DNA of 30,281 nt from a virus (Duplodnaviria; Caudoviricetes), in the IMG/VR virus record IMGVR_UViG_3300020044_000285, positions 1 through 30,281 of that record; one strand, 5' to 3'. Each line of letters begins with the position of its first letter. The stretch's first letter is position 1. This document shows, one piece after another, positions 1-8,998 of the stretch. A program made the translations under genes and the position numbers. The notes under the pieces are model-generated. The model had not been told where the DNA came from. It did no database searches and saw only the letters and a program-made list of their open reading frames with translations.

Positions 1-770
1 ATGTCACAGCAGCAGCAGTTGCCTCGATGCAACAAGCTGGCGCAGGTAAGATTGAACTGATGGCTCGAATCTTTGCAGAGACTGGTGTTAAGTCTTTGTT
101 CCAAGGCATCTTGCATCTGCTGTGCAAATACCAAGACAAGCCTCGTTTGGTGCGTATGCGTGGTGAATTCGTAGAGTTTGACCCTCGTACATGGGCTAAC
201 CAATACGATGTTTCTATCAATGTTGGCTTGGGTGCTGGCAACCGACAAGAGCAGATGGCTATGTTGTCAATGGTTCTGGCTAAACAAGAGCAGTTGATTG
301 CTCAGTACGGCCCTGCCAATCCATATGTCTCTCCTGCTCAATATCGTTCTACTTTGGGACGCATGGTTGAGATTGCTGGCTTTAAGGATTCTGGTGAGTT
401 CTACAAAGCGATTACACCAGAGCAAGACCAAGCTTTGAGTAATCCTCCTCCACAGCAACAACAGACTCCTCCAGAAGTTCAAGCAATGATGGCTAGAACT
501 CAAGCTGAGATTCAATCTAACCAAGCTAAAGCACAGGCTGACATTCAGTTGAAGCAACAGCAACAACAGATTGACATGGAGATGGCACAGCAGAAGGCTG
601 CTCTTGAGATGCAGATGATGCGTGAGAAAGAAGCTGCTAAGTTGATGCTTGAGCGTGAGAAACAGCAAGCTTACTTTGCTATGAAGCAACAAGAGTTTGA
701 AGCAGAAGCACAATTGAAAGCAATGAAAATTGGTGCTGGCATTACATCAAATGTAGAGATTAAGGGGTAA
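1..770 (+). CDS. Portal protein, C-terminal part (5' truncated by window)
   Basis: Frame is open from position 3 (VTAAAVASMQQAG...). 'YDVSINVGLGAG' followed by a Gln-rich coiled-coil tail resembles P22-like portal C-termini. Lies upstream of scaffold and capsid genes. Confidence 0.85.
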   Translation, partial: VTAAAVASMQQAGAGKIELMARIFAETGVKSLFQGILHLLCKYQDKPRLVRMRGEFVEFDPRTWANQYDVSINVGLGAGNRQEQMAMLSMVLAKQEQLIAQYGPANPYVSPAQYRSTLGRMVEIAGFKDSGEFYKAITPEQDQALSNPPPQQQQTPPEVQAMMARTQAEIQSNQAKAQADIQLKQQQQQIDMEMAQQKAALEMQMMREKEAAKLMLEREKQQAYFAMKQQEFEAEAQLKAMKIGAGITSNVEIKG

Positions 771-772
771 TC

Positions 773-2668
773 ATGGCAGTAACTAATGCAGATATTCTCG
801 GTTGGTTAAATGCCAATCCTGATGCCAGTCCAGAACTCATCAATAAAACGATGGCTGAAGCTGGCGTTAGTGCTGCTCAGTATCAATCTGCTACTGGTGT
901 TCCTCCTCCTCCAGTAACTCAAGCTTCTTCTCCACAAAAGCTAGAAACTCTATTGCAAGAGATAGCAAGTCCAGCAGTAAATACTGTTGCGCCTACACCT
1001 ACAAAACCTGCTGTTAGCAATGCCGACATTCTTGGTTGGTTTAATGCTAATCCCAATGCTGATACTGCATTGATTAATCAGACCATGCAAGCTGCTGGAG
1101 TTTCTCCACAGCAAGTTTCTGATGCACTATCTAGTAATCCAGACATTGCTAAGTCATATCTGACTCAACAGATTCTTGGTCAGGGAACTACTAGCCAATG
1201 GTCTGGTGAAGGTTACGGCTCTGCTGAAGCAAATGCTGCTGACATGGCAAAGATTTTGTCTGGAATTGGCATTACAGATATTAGTCAGTTTGGAAAAATA
1301 ACAACAGAAGTTCCTACTTATGATGAAAATGGAACTCAAATTGGTACTGAAAAAGTTGAAACTTTTGGAAACAAAGTAACTGGTCAAGCAGTTCCTAATA
1401 CATATAGTGAGCGTCAAACTGGTAATGCTTTTGGTGGCACATTTGCTGGTAAAGGAAATACAGGTTATCGAGTAGAGTTTGATGCTAGTGGCAAACCAGT
1501 TTTTTATACAACAGGTGCATCCAGTTCAGATATTGGCTCAATCATGCCAATTCTCCAACTAGCTTTGGCTGCTACTGGTGCAGGTGGTTTGCTTGGTAAT
1601 GCTTTGCTAGGTGCAGGTGCTAATCAAATTGCTGCTGGCGCATTGGGTAATGCATTGCTTGGTGGTGCAACAACTGGTTTGGCTGGTGGTGATGCTCTTA
1701 AAGGTGCATTGTTAGGTGGCGCAGGTGGCGCATTGAGTGGCTATTTACAAAATATGCCAATTGATGCATCAAACATGACTTCAGCACAGTTCAATGATGC
1801 TCTTGAGAATCAGCTTGTTAAATCTATGCAAGGTGCAGGATTAACAAATGCACAAATTAGCCAATGGCTTGAAAACGCAAGTCCAGCAGATATTGCTTCT
1901 GTTACAAGTGCTTTGCCAGTAACTAATGCATCTGAGAATCTGCTTATTGAAGCTGCTAAAACACCTATTACTGCAAGTGCATTAACTAATGTTCTTTCTC
2001 AAGTTCCAACAGTTGCTGTTACTGGTCAAGCTTCAAAGGAAGTTTCGCCAGACATAATCAATGCTGCCAATACGCTATTGGCTGGTGGTACTGCAAATAC
2101 CCCAACAGTTGAAGTAACTGCTGAAGGCCAAAAGAAAACTGAAGTCCCAGTAGTTACACCAATTGATGCTAATTTAACAACAACTGCACCAACTACAGCT
2201 GGAAGTGGGACTGTAACTACAGGCGGTGTAAATGGCACAGATACAAAACTGACAACATCTGATGTTATTAAGCTTCTTGGAATAGGAACTACTATTGCAG
2301 GGATTAATGCTGCAACAGGCGGTGGTGGCGGTGGTGGTGTTACTCAATATCCAATTGTTGAAATTCCAAGTGGATGGTCATCTGCTACAGCTACAAAAGT
2401 AGCACCTGTTTCACCATTGCCTCCAATTGATTTTGGCAATAGAAACTTGTTAATTGGTACTCAATGGGAGAAGTTCCTAAGTCCTGACTATGGAAAAGTT
2501 CCAGAGCCTGTTCAATATTCACAACCATCTAACATGAGTTATAACGATTTGATGGGTATTTTGGGTAGCAAACAAGGTTATCCTGCTGCAAGCAACTTGA
2601 GTATCAACGACATTATTTCTGGAATACAAAACCAATATGGACAAACACCTGTTAGCACAATGGGCTAA
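773..2668 (+). CDS. 631-aa Ala/Gly/Thr-rich hypothetical protein with N-terminal repeats (possible virion/ejected protein)
   Basis: Long ORF with RBS (AAGGGG) right after the portal stop. Two ~34-aa repeats (AV[TS]NADILGW[LF]NANP...M..AGVS) and a glycine-zipper-like segment (GGLLGNALLGAG...ALLGGAGGAL). Confidence 0.75.
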   Translation: MAVTNADILGWLNANPDASPELINKTMAEAGVSAAQYQSATGVPPPPVTQASSPQKLETLLQEIASPAVNTVAPTPTKPAVSNADILGWFNANPNADTALINQTMQAAGVSPQQVSDALSSNPDIAKSYLTQQILGQGTTSQWSGEGYGSAEANAADMAKILSGIGITDISQFGKITTEVPTYDENGTQIGTEKVETFGNKVTGQAVPNTYSERQTGNAFGGTFAGKGNTGYRVEFDASGKPVFYTTGASSSDIGSIMPILQLALAATGAGGLLGNALLGAGANQIAAGALGNALLGGATTGLAGGDALKGALLGGAGGALSGYLQNMPIDASNMTSAQFNDALENQLVKSMQGAGLTNAQISQWLENASPADIASVTSALPVTNASENLLIEAAKTPITASALTNVLSQVPTVAVTGQASKEVSPDIINAANTLLAGGTANTPTVEVTAEGQKKTEVPVVTPIDANLTTTAPTTAGSGTVTTGGVNGTDTKLTTSDVIKLLGIGTTIAGINAATGGGGGGGVTQYPIVEIPSGWSSATATKVAPVSPLPPIDFGNRNLLIGTQWEKFLSPDYGKVPEPVQYSQPSNMSYNDLMGILGSKQGYPAASNLSINDIISGIQNQYGQTPVSTMG

Positions 2669-2876
2669 GAATTTACTAAATGATGACTTTTTCAAAGAAG
2701 TATTAGATAATTTGAAAAAAGAACAAATTAGTGTGATAATTAACACAAGTGCTGAAGAATCTGATAGGCGTGAAGACGCTTACAGGCACATTAAGACATT
2801 AGAACTAATTACAGGACACCTTGAAGGTTTAGCCTCGGAAACTGTGATTAGAGAGAAGAAGTGGAAGATTCTATAG
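2637..2876 (+). CDS. Small conserved head-region protein between portal and scaffold
   Basis: 79-aa helical ORF (AKNLLNDDFFKEVLD...RREDAYRHIK) at the position typical of this podovirus layout. Confidence 0.75.
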   Translation: MDKHLLAQWAKNLLNDDFFKEVLDNLKKEQISVIINTSAEESDRREDAYRHIKTLELITGHLEGLASETVIREKKWKIL

Positions 2877-2888
2877 GGTTTACCCTAT
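2873..2888. promoter_or_regulatory. Near-palindrome ATAGGGTTTACCCTAT (candidate protein-binding site)
   Basis: Dyad with one central mismatch at the end of the ORF before the scaffold gene. Related motifs occur at 22378-22392 and 24932-24946. Confidence 0.5.
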
Positions 2889-2928
2889 CCTCCGTCCAGA
2901 AGGTGTCTGGCGATTTTTGAGATGACAA

Positions 2929-3864
2929 ATGGAAAACACCAACCCACAAGGGAGTGAAAACCTAAATGTAAATCAAGCCGCTTCAGCGTTTGAAGGTCTG
3001 ATGGGTGATTCTGACGAAGCTGACAACAGCCAATCTGAGGAACAAACAGAGGAACTTCAAGCATCTGATGAAGCTGAGTATTCTGAGGAGGAATCCGAGG
3101 AAGAACAACAACCAAAGCCTAGATATAAAGTCAAAGCTGCTGGTGAGGAAATCGAGGTTGACGAAGATGAACTCATCAAAGGTTATCAGCAAGGTGTAGA
3201 TTACACGAAAAAGTCTCAGGCTTTAGCTGAACAACGCAAAGCTGTAGAAGCAGAGCGTATTCACTTAGAGCAAGTGAAACAAGAACGAATGGCATATGCC
3301 CAGAAGTTGCAAGCGTTGGATAGCTTCCTTTCGCAGCAAAACAAGGGTGTGGACTTAGATGTTCTAAAGGAAACAGACCCCATTGGCTATGCCGTGGCGG
3401 TAGCTGAACAGAATCAGCGTGAGAAGCAGTTAGCAGTAGTTAGGCAAGAACAGCAACGCATTGCACAACAGCAACAAGCCGAGCAACAAGCCTCTTTGCA
3501 AAACCATCTCCGACAAGAATCTGAAAAGCTTGCCAGTCTGATTCCTGAGTTGGCTACTCCACAGGGTGATGCAATCCGAAAGCAAATTCGAGATTATGCG
3601 AGGTCTGTTGGGTGGACTGACCAAGAACTCAGTTCCGTATATGACAGTCGGGCTGTGGTGAGTTTGTATAAGGCTATGAAGTACGAGCAACTTCAAAAGA
3701 GCAAACCAGAGTTGAATAAAAAACTTCAGTCTGCTCCTAAGATGATGCGTTCTGGTAATTCTGTGCCTCCTACTCGTTCATCACAAGATAAACAGGTAAT
3801 GCAAAAGTTGCGTGAAACTGGAAAAGTTACTGACGCAGCTAGAGCATTTGAACGATTCATTTAA
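2929..3864 (+). CDS. Capsid scaffolding protein
   Basis: Acidic disordered N-terminus, 'KVKAAGEEIEV...EL..GYQ...DYTKK.Q.LAEQRK' motif, long coiled coil. Immediately upstream of the capsid gene. Confidence 0.85.
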   Translation: MENTNPQGSENLNVNQAASAFEGLMGDSDEADNSQSEEQTEELQASDEAEYSEEESEEEQQPKPRYKVKAAGEEIEVDEDELIKGYQQGVDYTKKSQALAEQRKAVEAERIHLEQVKQERMAYAQKLQALDSFLSQQNKGVDLDVLKETDPIGYAVAVAEQNQREKQLAVVRQEQQRIAQQQQAEQQASLQNHLRQESEKLASLIPELATPQGDAIRKQIRDYARSVGWTDQELSSVYDSRAVVSLYKAMKYEQLQKSKPELNKKLQSAPKMMRSGNSVPPTRSSQDKQVMQKLRETGKVTDAARAFERFI

Positions 3865-3879
3865 TTTTGGAGTTTTAAA

Positions 3880-4830
3880 ATGGCTACATATCAAACCTAT
3901 ACCGCTATTGGTCAGCGTGAAGACCTTTCCGATGTTATCTATAACATCTCCCCAACAGACACACCATTTTTTTCGTCTGTAGGTAAAACCAAAGCTACTG
4001 CTGTTTATCACGAGTGGCAGACTGACAGCTTGGCAGCAGCCAGCTTGTCTAACTACGCAGTTGAGGGTGCAACAGCATCTGACGCTACTATGTCTCCAAC
4101 AACTCGTGTTGGTAACCGCACTCAGATTGCTCAGAAAACTGTGAAGATTTCTGGCACTTTGCAATCAGTTGACAAAGCTGGCCGTAAATCTGAAAAAGCC
4201 TATCAACTGGCTAAAGCATCGGCCGAAATTAAGCGAGACATGGAGACTTCTGTTCTGAGCAACCAAGTTGCTTCTAATGGTGACTCTACAACTGCTCGTA
4301 AATTGGGCGGTCTGCAAGCATGGTTGAACACAAACTACTCTGGCGGTACTTCTGGTGTTGCTGGCGATTTGGGTACTACTGCTCGTACAAACGGCACAAA
4401 CCGCACTTTCACAGAAGCCTTGTTGCAATCTGTTGTTAAGAGCGTGTACTCTGCTGGTGGCAACCCCAAAGTGTTGATGGTCAACCCTGCGCACAAGCAA
4501 GTTGTTTCAGCTTTTGCTGGTATCGCTGCACAGCGTTTCATGGCTCCTGCTAACACACCCACAACAATCGTGGCTGCTGCTGATGTTTACATGAGCGATT
4601 TCGGTACAATTTCTGTTGTTCCTAACCGCTTTATGACATCTACCAACTCATGCGATGAGACAGCATTTGTGCTTGACCCCGACATGGCTGCTATCGCTTA
4701 CTTGCGTCCTTTCCAGACCAACGAGTTGGCTGTGACTGGCGACAATGAGTCTACACAGTTGTTGGCTGAGTACACCTTGGAAGTTAAAAACCAAGCTGCT
4801 CACGGCATCATTGCTGACTTGACACCTTAA
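3880..4830 (+). CDS. Major capsid protein (DUF5309/SU10-like family)
   Basis: 'GQREDLSDVIYNISPTDTPF', 'HEWQTDSL', 'N.TQI..K', 'EYTLEVKNQAAHG.I.DL' motifs; 316 aa; followed by a terminator. Confidence 0.92.
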   Translation: MATYQTYTAIGQREDLSDVIYNISPTDTPFFSSVGKTKATAVYHEWQTDSLAAASLSNYAVEGATASDATMSPTTRVGNRTQIAQKTVKISGTLQSVDKAGRKSEKAYQLAKASAEIKRDMETSVLSNQVASNGDSTTARKLGGLQAWLNTNYSGGTSGVAGDLGTTARTNGTNRTFTEALLQSVVKSVYSAGGNPKVLMVNPAHKQVVSAFAGIAAQRFMAPANTPTTIVAAADVYMSDFGTISVVPNRFMTSTNSCDETAFVLDPDMAAIAYLRPFQTNELAVTGDNESTQLLAEYTLEVKNQAAHGIIADLTP

Positions 4831-4846
4831 TCTAAAGTAACCCCGA

Positions 4847-4888
4847 GAAATGCCTCAGACTTAACACTCTGGGGCATTTTCTTTTCTA
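4847..4888 (+). terminator. Rho-independent terminator after capsid gene
   Basis: Stem AAATGCCTCAGA / TCTGGGGCATTT (one G-U), followed by TCTTTTCT. Confidence 0.8.
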
Positions 4889-4910
4889 CCCAAACTGATA
4901 GAATTAAGTT

Positions 4911-5225
4911 ATGCAAAATCCTGTCAATTTCCGTCAATCTGCTGTTCACGCTGATGGTGAAGGTGGAATCATTGTTCAGACTCGTCAAGATGTTTCAGAC
5001 ATTATTGAGCAGAACAAAAAAGAATATAACTCCTTTGATGAACGAGCAAGATGGTCTGACCATTTGTTTGGCAATAAAGTAGCAAGCATCCCAATGACTG
5101 TGATTGATGACCTAAACAAACAAGGCATCATGCGTGGGTTTGCTATTCTCGATGAGAAGCGTTTTGCTGCTTTTTTAAATGACCCATTGAATCGTGCATG
5201 GCGCACTAGAACAGGAGTTGTATGA
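4911..5225 (+). CDS. Hypothetical protein (104 aa) downstream of capsid
   Basis: Clean ORF overlapping the next start (ATGA). No Shine-Dalgarno; TGaTAGAAT lies 6 nt before the ATG. Confidence 0.8.
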   Translation: MQNPVNFRQSAVHADGEGGIIVQTRQDVSDIIEQNKKEYNSFDERARWSDHLFGNKVASIPMTVIDDLNKQGIMRGFAILDEKRFAAFLNDPLNRAWRTRTGVV

Positions 5226-5842
5226 GCATGACTACTTATGCTGAATTGCAGTCAACTATCGCAGGATATTTGGCTCGTTCAGACCTAACAACTCAAATTC
5301 CAGACTTTATCCGTTTGGCAGAAGTACGCTTGCGTAGAGACTTGCGTATTCGCCAGATGTTGACTTCAACAACAATTACCTGCACATCAGGCACAGCAAC
5401 AGTTAGTATTCCATCTGACTTTTTGCAAGTAAGTGATTTTGTTGTTAATGTGAATCCAGTACAGCCTTTAACATACCAAAGCCCTGCATTGTTTTCTCGT
5501 AACTCAAGAACAACAGATGTTGGTAAGCCATTGGATTACACAGTCCTAGCTTCTACATTTAAGTTAGCACCTGTTCCTGATACTGGCTACACATTGACAT
5601 TGATTTACTCTGCTGCTCCTCCATTCTTGAGTGATTCAAACACATCAAACACATTCTTGACTGTTTGTCCTGATTTGATTTTGTATGCGTCTTTGCTAGA
5701 AGCAGAGCCATATTTGATGAATGATGCTCGTATCAATACATGGGGAACTATGTTTGACAGAGCAATGAGTGCATTGACCACTTCTGATGAGCAAGGTCAA
5801 TACTCTGGCGTTCCTTTGTCAATGCAAACAACATATAGCTAA
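5222..5842 (+). CDS. Head-tail adaptor protein
   Basis: 'TYAELQSTIAGYLARSDLT.QIPDFIRLAE.RL.RDLR', 'L.PVPD..YTL', 'PDL.LYASLLEA' match the podovirus adaptor pattern; synteny. Confidence 0.8.
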   Translation: MSMTTYAELQSTIAGYLARSDLTTQIPDFIRLAEVRLRRDLRIRQMLTSTTITCTSGTATVSIPSDFLQVSDFVVNVNPVQPLTYQSPALFSRNSRTTDVGKPLDYTVLASTFKLAPVPDTGYTLTLIYSAAPPFLSDSNTSNTFLTVCPDLILYASLLEAEPYLMNDARINTWGTMFDRAMSALTTSDEQGQYSGVPLSMQTTYS

Positions 5843-5843
5843 T

Positions 5844-7280
5844 ATGCCTACACAAAGAATACAACTAGGAGAGTGGATGCCTGACCAATCAGGTATTACT
5901 GGCGCATTGACAGACGCTAAAAATGTAGTGTCTCAGGCTGTGGGTTATGGCCCATTCCCTACTGCTGTATCTTTCTCAGGTAGTGCATCAGAAGACTTAG
6001 TATCTTTATACGCTGCCAAGAATCCAGACTCAACAACTCAGTTGTTTACTTCTGGCGCATCTAAGATTTACACAGTTAGTGGTGTTGGCGCATTGACACA
6101 AGTTAAGTCTGGCATGACAACAGGCATTAACGATAAGGTTCGTTTTACTCAGTTTGGTAAGACTGTTATCACAACAAACAATGCTGACAAGCTACAAGCA
6201 TGGACGCTTGGAACATCTACATCATTCGCTGACTTGAGTGCTACTGCTCCAGTTGCTAAATACATTACAGTTGTTCGTGACTTTGTTGTGGTTGCTAACA
6301 CTTACGAATCTGCTGAACAAAAGCAATATCGTGTTCGTTGGTCTGCAATCAATGATGAAACAGATTGGACAGAGAGCGTAAACACACAGTCTGACTATCA
6401 AGATATTCCTGATGGTGGACAGATTGTTGGTATTCGTGGTGGTGAGTTTGGCTTGGTATTCTTAGAAAGAGCCATTAGCCGAATGTCTTATGTAGGTACG
6501 CCATTCATTTTCCAGTTTGACAATATCTCTCGTAATAAGGGATGTATGGTCGCTGGTTCTATTGCACAGTATCAAGGAATCACATTCTTCCTATCGGATG
6601 ATGGTTTCTATATGTGTGATGGTCAGCAAGTTATTCCAATTGGTAGTGAGAAGGTTGACCGATTCTTTATTGATGACGCATCAGAATCTGATTATGGTTC
6701 TATGTCTTCTGCTGTTGACCCAATTCGCAAGCTTGTGATTTGGAACTATGTAGCAACAGATGGAAATCGTAAACTAATCATTTACAACTTTGCCACTAAA
6801 AAATGGACATATGCAGATGCTGGTACAGATTACTTGTCTGAAGCATCTACTACTGCCGTAACTCTTGAGCAGTTAGATAGCATTAACTCATCTATTGACG
6901 CACTAACTACAACACTTGACTCTCGTTTATACATTGGTGGCAAGTATTTTCTTGGTGGTACTCTAGGCGCAAAGGTTTACACCTATACAGGAACAAGTGC
7001 AACAGGTCAGATTTCTACTGGTGACATTGATTTGGGTGGTCAGTCTGTCGTTACTTTGGCTCGTCCACAGGTAGATACTGGTTCTGCAACTGTTGCTGTA
7101 GCTTCTCGTCAATTGTTAAGCCAAGATGTAACATTTGGGACTGCTGTAGCTGCTGACTCAGAGAATCGAGTTTCTTTGCGTAGTTCTGGCAGATACCATC
7201 GTCTTCAGTTAGTTCCTACTGGCAACTGGACTAATGCTGTTGCGATTGATGTAGATGTAACTGGTCAGGGTGTACGCTAA
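5844..7280 (+). CDS. Tail nozzle / DNA stabilisation protein (P22 gp10-like beta-propeller)
   Basis: ATG at 5844 (MPTQRIQLGEWMPDQ) just after the adaptor stop. Beta-rich, with 'VRWSAINDETDW' and 'FFLSDDGFY.CDG' motifs. Confidence 0.78.
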   Translation: MPTQRIQLGEWMPDQSGITGALTDAKNVVSQAVGYGPFPTAVSFSGSASEDLVSLYAAKNPDSTTQLFTSGASKIYTVSGVGALTQVKSGMTTGINDKVRFTQFGKTVITTNNADKLQAWTLGTSTSFADLSATAPVAKYITVVRDFVVVANTYESAEQKQYRVRWSAINDETDWTESVNTQSDYQDIPDGGQIVGIRGGEFGLVFLERAISRMSYVGTPFIFQFDNISRNKGCMVAGSIAQYQGITFFLSDDGFYMCDGQQVIPIGSEKVDRFFIDDASESDYGSMSSAVDPIRKLVIWNYVATDGNRKLIIYNFATKKWTYADAGTDYLSEASTTAVTLEQLDSINSSIDALTTTLDSRLYIGGKYFLGGTLGAKVYTYTGTSATGQISTGDIDLGGQSVVTLARPQVDTGSATVAVASRQLLSQDVTFGTAVAADSENRVSLRSSGRYHRLQLVPTGNWTNAVAIDVDVTGQGVR

Positions 7281-8062
7281 TGTTTAGAAGTCTTCCTGCA
7301 TTTGGTGGTGACCAACGAGCCGTGGCAGAGGTTGTTCGTGGCATCATGGATGGCAAGACCAACAACACAGGCACGATTACTCTAGCGACTGGTGGTGCAA
7401 CTACTACCACTTTGACAGACCGAAGGATAGGCCCAGACAGCGTAATTGTCTTTGTCCCTGCCTCTGCTGCTGCTTTTGCTGATTCTGCGCCTTATGGTGC
7501 GTTCCAAGATGGAACAGACCAAACTGTAGCTAATACAACTACTGCATATCCTATTACTTTTGATACAACAGACTTCTCTAATGGAGTTACTTTATCAAAC
7601 AGTTCTAGGTTAAATGTAAAAGTTGCAGGTATGTATAACATACAGTTTTCTGTTCAACTGAAAAACACAACAAATGACTCGCAAGATGTGGACATTTGGT
7701 TTAGAAAGAATGGAACAGATATAGCTGCATCAAATAGCAAATTTGGTTTAGCACCAAGAAAAGCATCTGGTGACCCATTTCACTTAATTGGAGCAATGAA
7801 CTTTTACGCAGATTTGGCAGCCAATGACTATATTCAATTGATGTGGAGAGCATCAGATACAGGTGCAATGATTGAACACTACGCTGCTGGAACAAGCCCT
7901 ACAAGACCAATTACACCATCTGTAATAGCGACTGTTAACTTAGTGTCACTTGCTGCCTCAACAAACATCTACGCTAGTTCACAGGGACAAGGTACAGCAA
8001 CGATTACCCACTTTGCAAATTCAACGGCAAATAAGACCTACAGATATGCAATTATTGGTTGA
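7280..8062 (+). CDS. Virion (tail) protein with internal C1q/TNF-like beta domain
   Basis: TAATG-coupled to the nozzle gene. Residues ~71-222 show the 'YGAF..T...PITFD...NG......V..AG.YNIQFS.QL' C1q-like pattern. Confidence 0.65.
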   Translation: MFRSLPAFGGDQRAVAEVVRGIMDGKTNNTGTITLATGGATTTTLTDRRIGPDSVIVFVPASAAAFADSAPYGAFQDGTDQTVANTTTAYPITFDTTDFSNGVTLSNSSRLNVKVAGMYNIQFSVQLKNTTNDSQDVDIWFRKNGTDIAASNSKFGLAPRKASGDPFHLIGAMNFYADLAANDYIQLMWRASDTGAMIEHYAAGTSPTRPITPSVIATVNLVSLAASTNIYASSQGQGTATITHFANSTANKTYRYAIIG

Positions 8063-8086
8063 TTTCTAACAAATTTTGATTAAAAT

Positions 8087-8116
8087 GGATTCCGTGGATG
8101 ACCCGCTATGGAATCC
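8087..8116 (+). promoter_or_regulatory. Intergenic hairpin upstream of the ejection-protein genes
   Basis: GGATTCCGTGG / CTATGGAATCC 11-bp stem with two G-U pairs and no U-tract. RBS AGGAG follows at 8125-8129. Confidence 0.5.
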
Positions 8117-8135
8117 GAAACTCTAGGAGTAAAAC

Positions 8136-8996
8136 ATGGCGACTACTACCACATCTTCGATTGACCCAACAATCCAACCATATCTGACATATGGATTACA
8201 GCAAGCGCAACAAGCGTTTCAAGCTGGTGGCCCTCAGTATTATGGTGGTCAGACTTATGTAAGTCCATCGACTACTACTCAGACAGGTTTACAGGCTCTT
8301 GAGGCTCGTGCTTCTTTGGGTAACCCATTACTCCAGTCTGCTCAGAATCAACTCCAGAATACAGTTTCTGGTGGTTTCTTGAGTGGCAATCCATTCTTCC
8401 AAGGTGCTTTCCAACCTGCTGCTAAAGCTGCTGAGACTCAGTTTAAACAGACTTTAGGTGATATTGCATCTAAATCTAGTTTAGCTGGACGCTATGGCTC
8501 TGGTGCAATGGGTTCATTACAAGACCGAGCAACTGGTGCATTTGGTCAGCAATTGGCTAATACTGCTGGACAATTGGCTTATCAGAACTATGCTGATGAA
8601 CGAGCCAAACAACAAGCAGCTACATTGGCTGCTCCTGCAATGAGTTCTGCTGACTATCAAGACATTCAGAATATGTTGCAAGCTGGTCAGATTCGTGAAG
8701 GCTATCAAAGTCAACAGTTGCAGTCTGATATTGCTAAATTCAACTTCTTGCAAAACCAACCACAACAGAACTTGCAAAACTATCTGTCATTGGTCTATGG
8801 CAACCCATTAGGTAAAGTTGGACAACAAACAACAAGTGGTGTTGCTGACACATCTACATTACAGAATGTTCTTGGTTTGGCTGCTGTTGGTGGTGGTTTG
8901 TACAAGAATCTTGGTGGAACTTGGTTAAACAATTGGGGCAGTAGCGCAGCTAATGAAGCTGCTGCAATTAATCCATACTTCCAAACGATTGGATAA
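8136..8996 (+). CDS. Probable internal virion / DNA ejection protein 1
   Basis: Gln/Ala/Gly-rich, amphipathic C-terminus (LGLAAVGGGL), strong RBS, first of three genes between nozzle and fibre. Confidence 0.65.
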   Translation: MATTTTSSIDPTIQPYLTYGLQQAQQAFQAGGPQYYGGQTYVSPSTTTQTGLQALEARASLGNPLLQSAQNQLQNTVSGGFLSGNPFFQGAFQPAAKAAETQFKQTLGDIASKSSLAGRYGSGAMGSLQDRATGAFGQQLANTAGQLAYQNYADERAKQQAATLAAPAMSSADYQDIQNMLQAGQIREGYQSQQLQSDIAKFNFLQNQPQQNLQNYLSLVYGNPLGKVGQQTTSGVADTSTLQNVLGLAAVGGGLYKNLGGTWLNNWGSSAANEAAAINPYFQTIG

Positions 8997-8998
8997 TC

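Noticed and set aside
2894-2917. CGTCCAGA/TCTGGCG hairpin plus ATTTTT before the scaffold gene as a terminator
   Set aside because: Bulged short stem and weak U-tract inside the late operon; not enough support to list.
5787-5843. Upstream start of the nozzle ORF given by the ORF track (similarly 16334, 20164, 22258, 23557, 26840, 28053, 28464)
   Set aside because: Longest-ORF starts overlap upstream genes; downstream ATGs with RBS or stop-start coupling were preferred.
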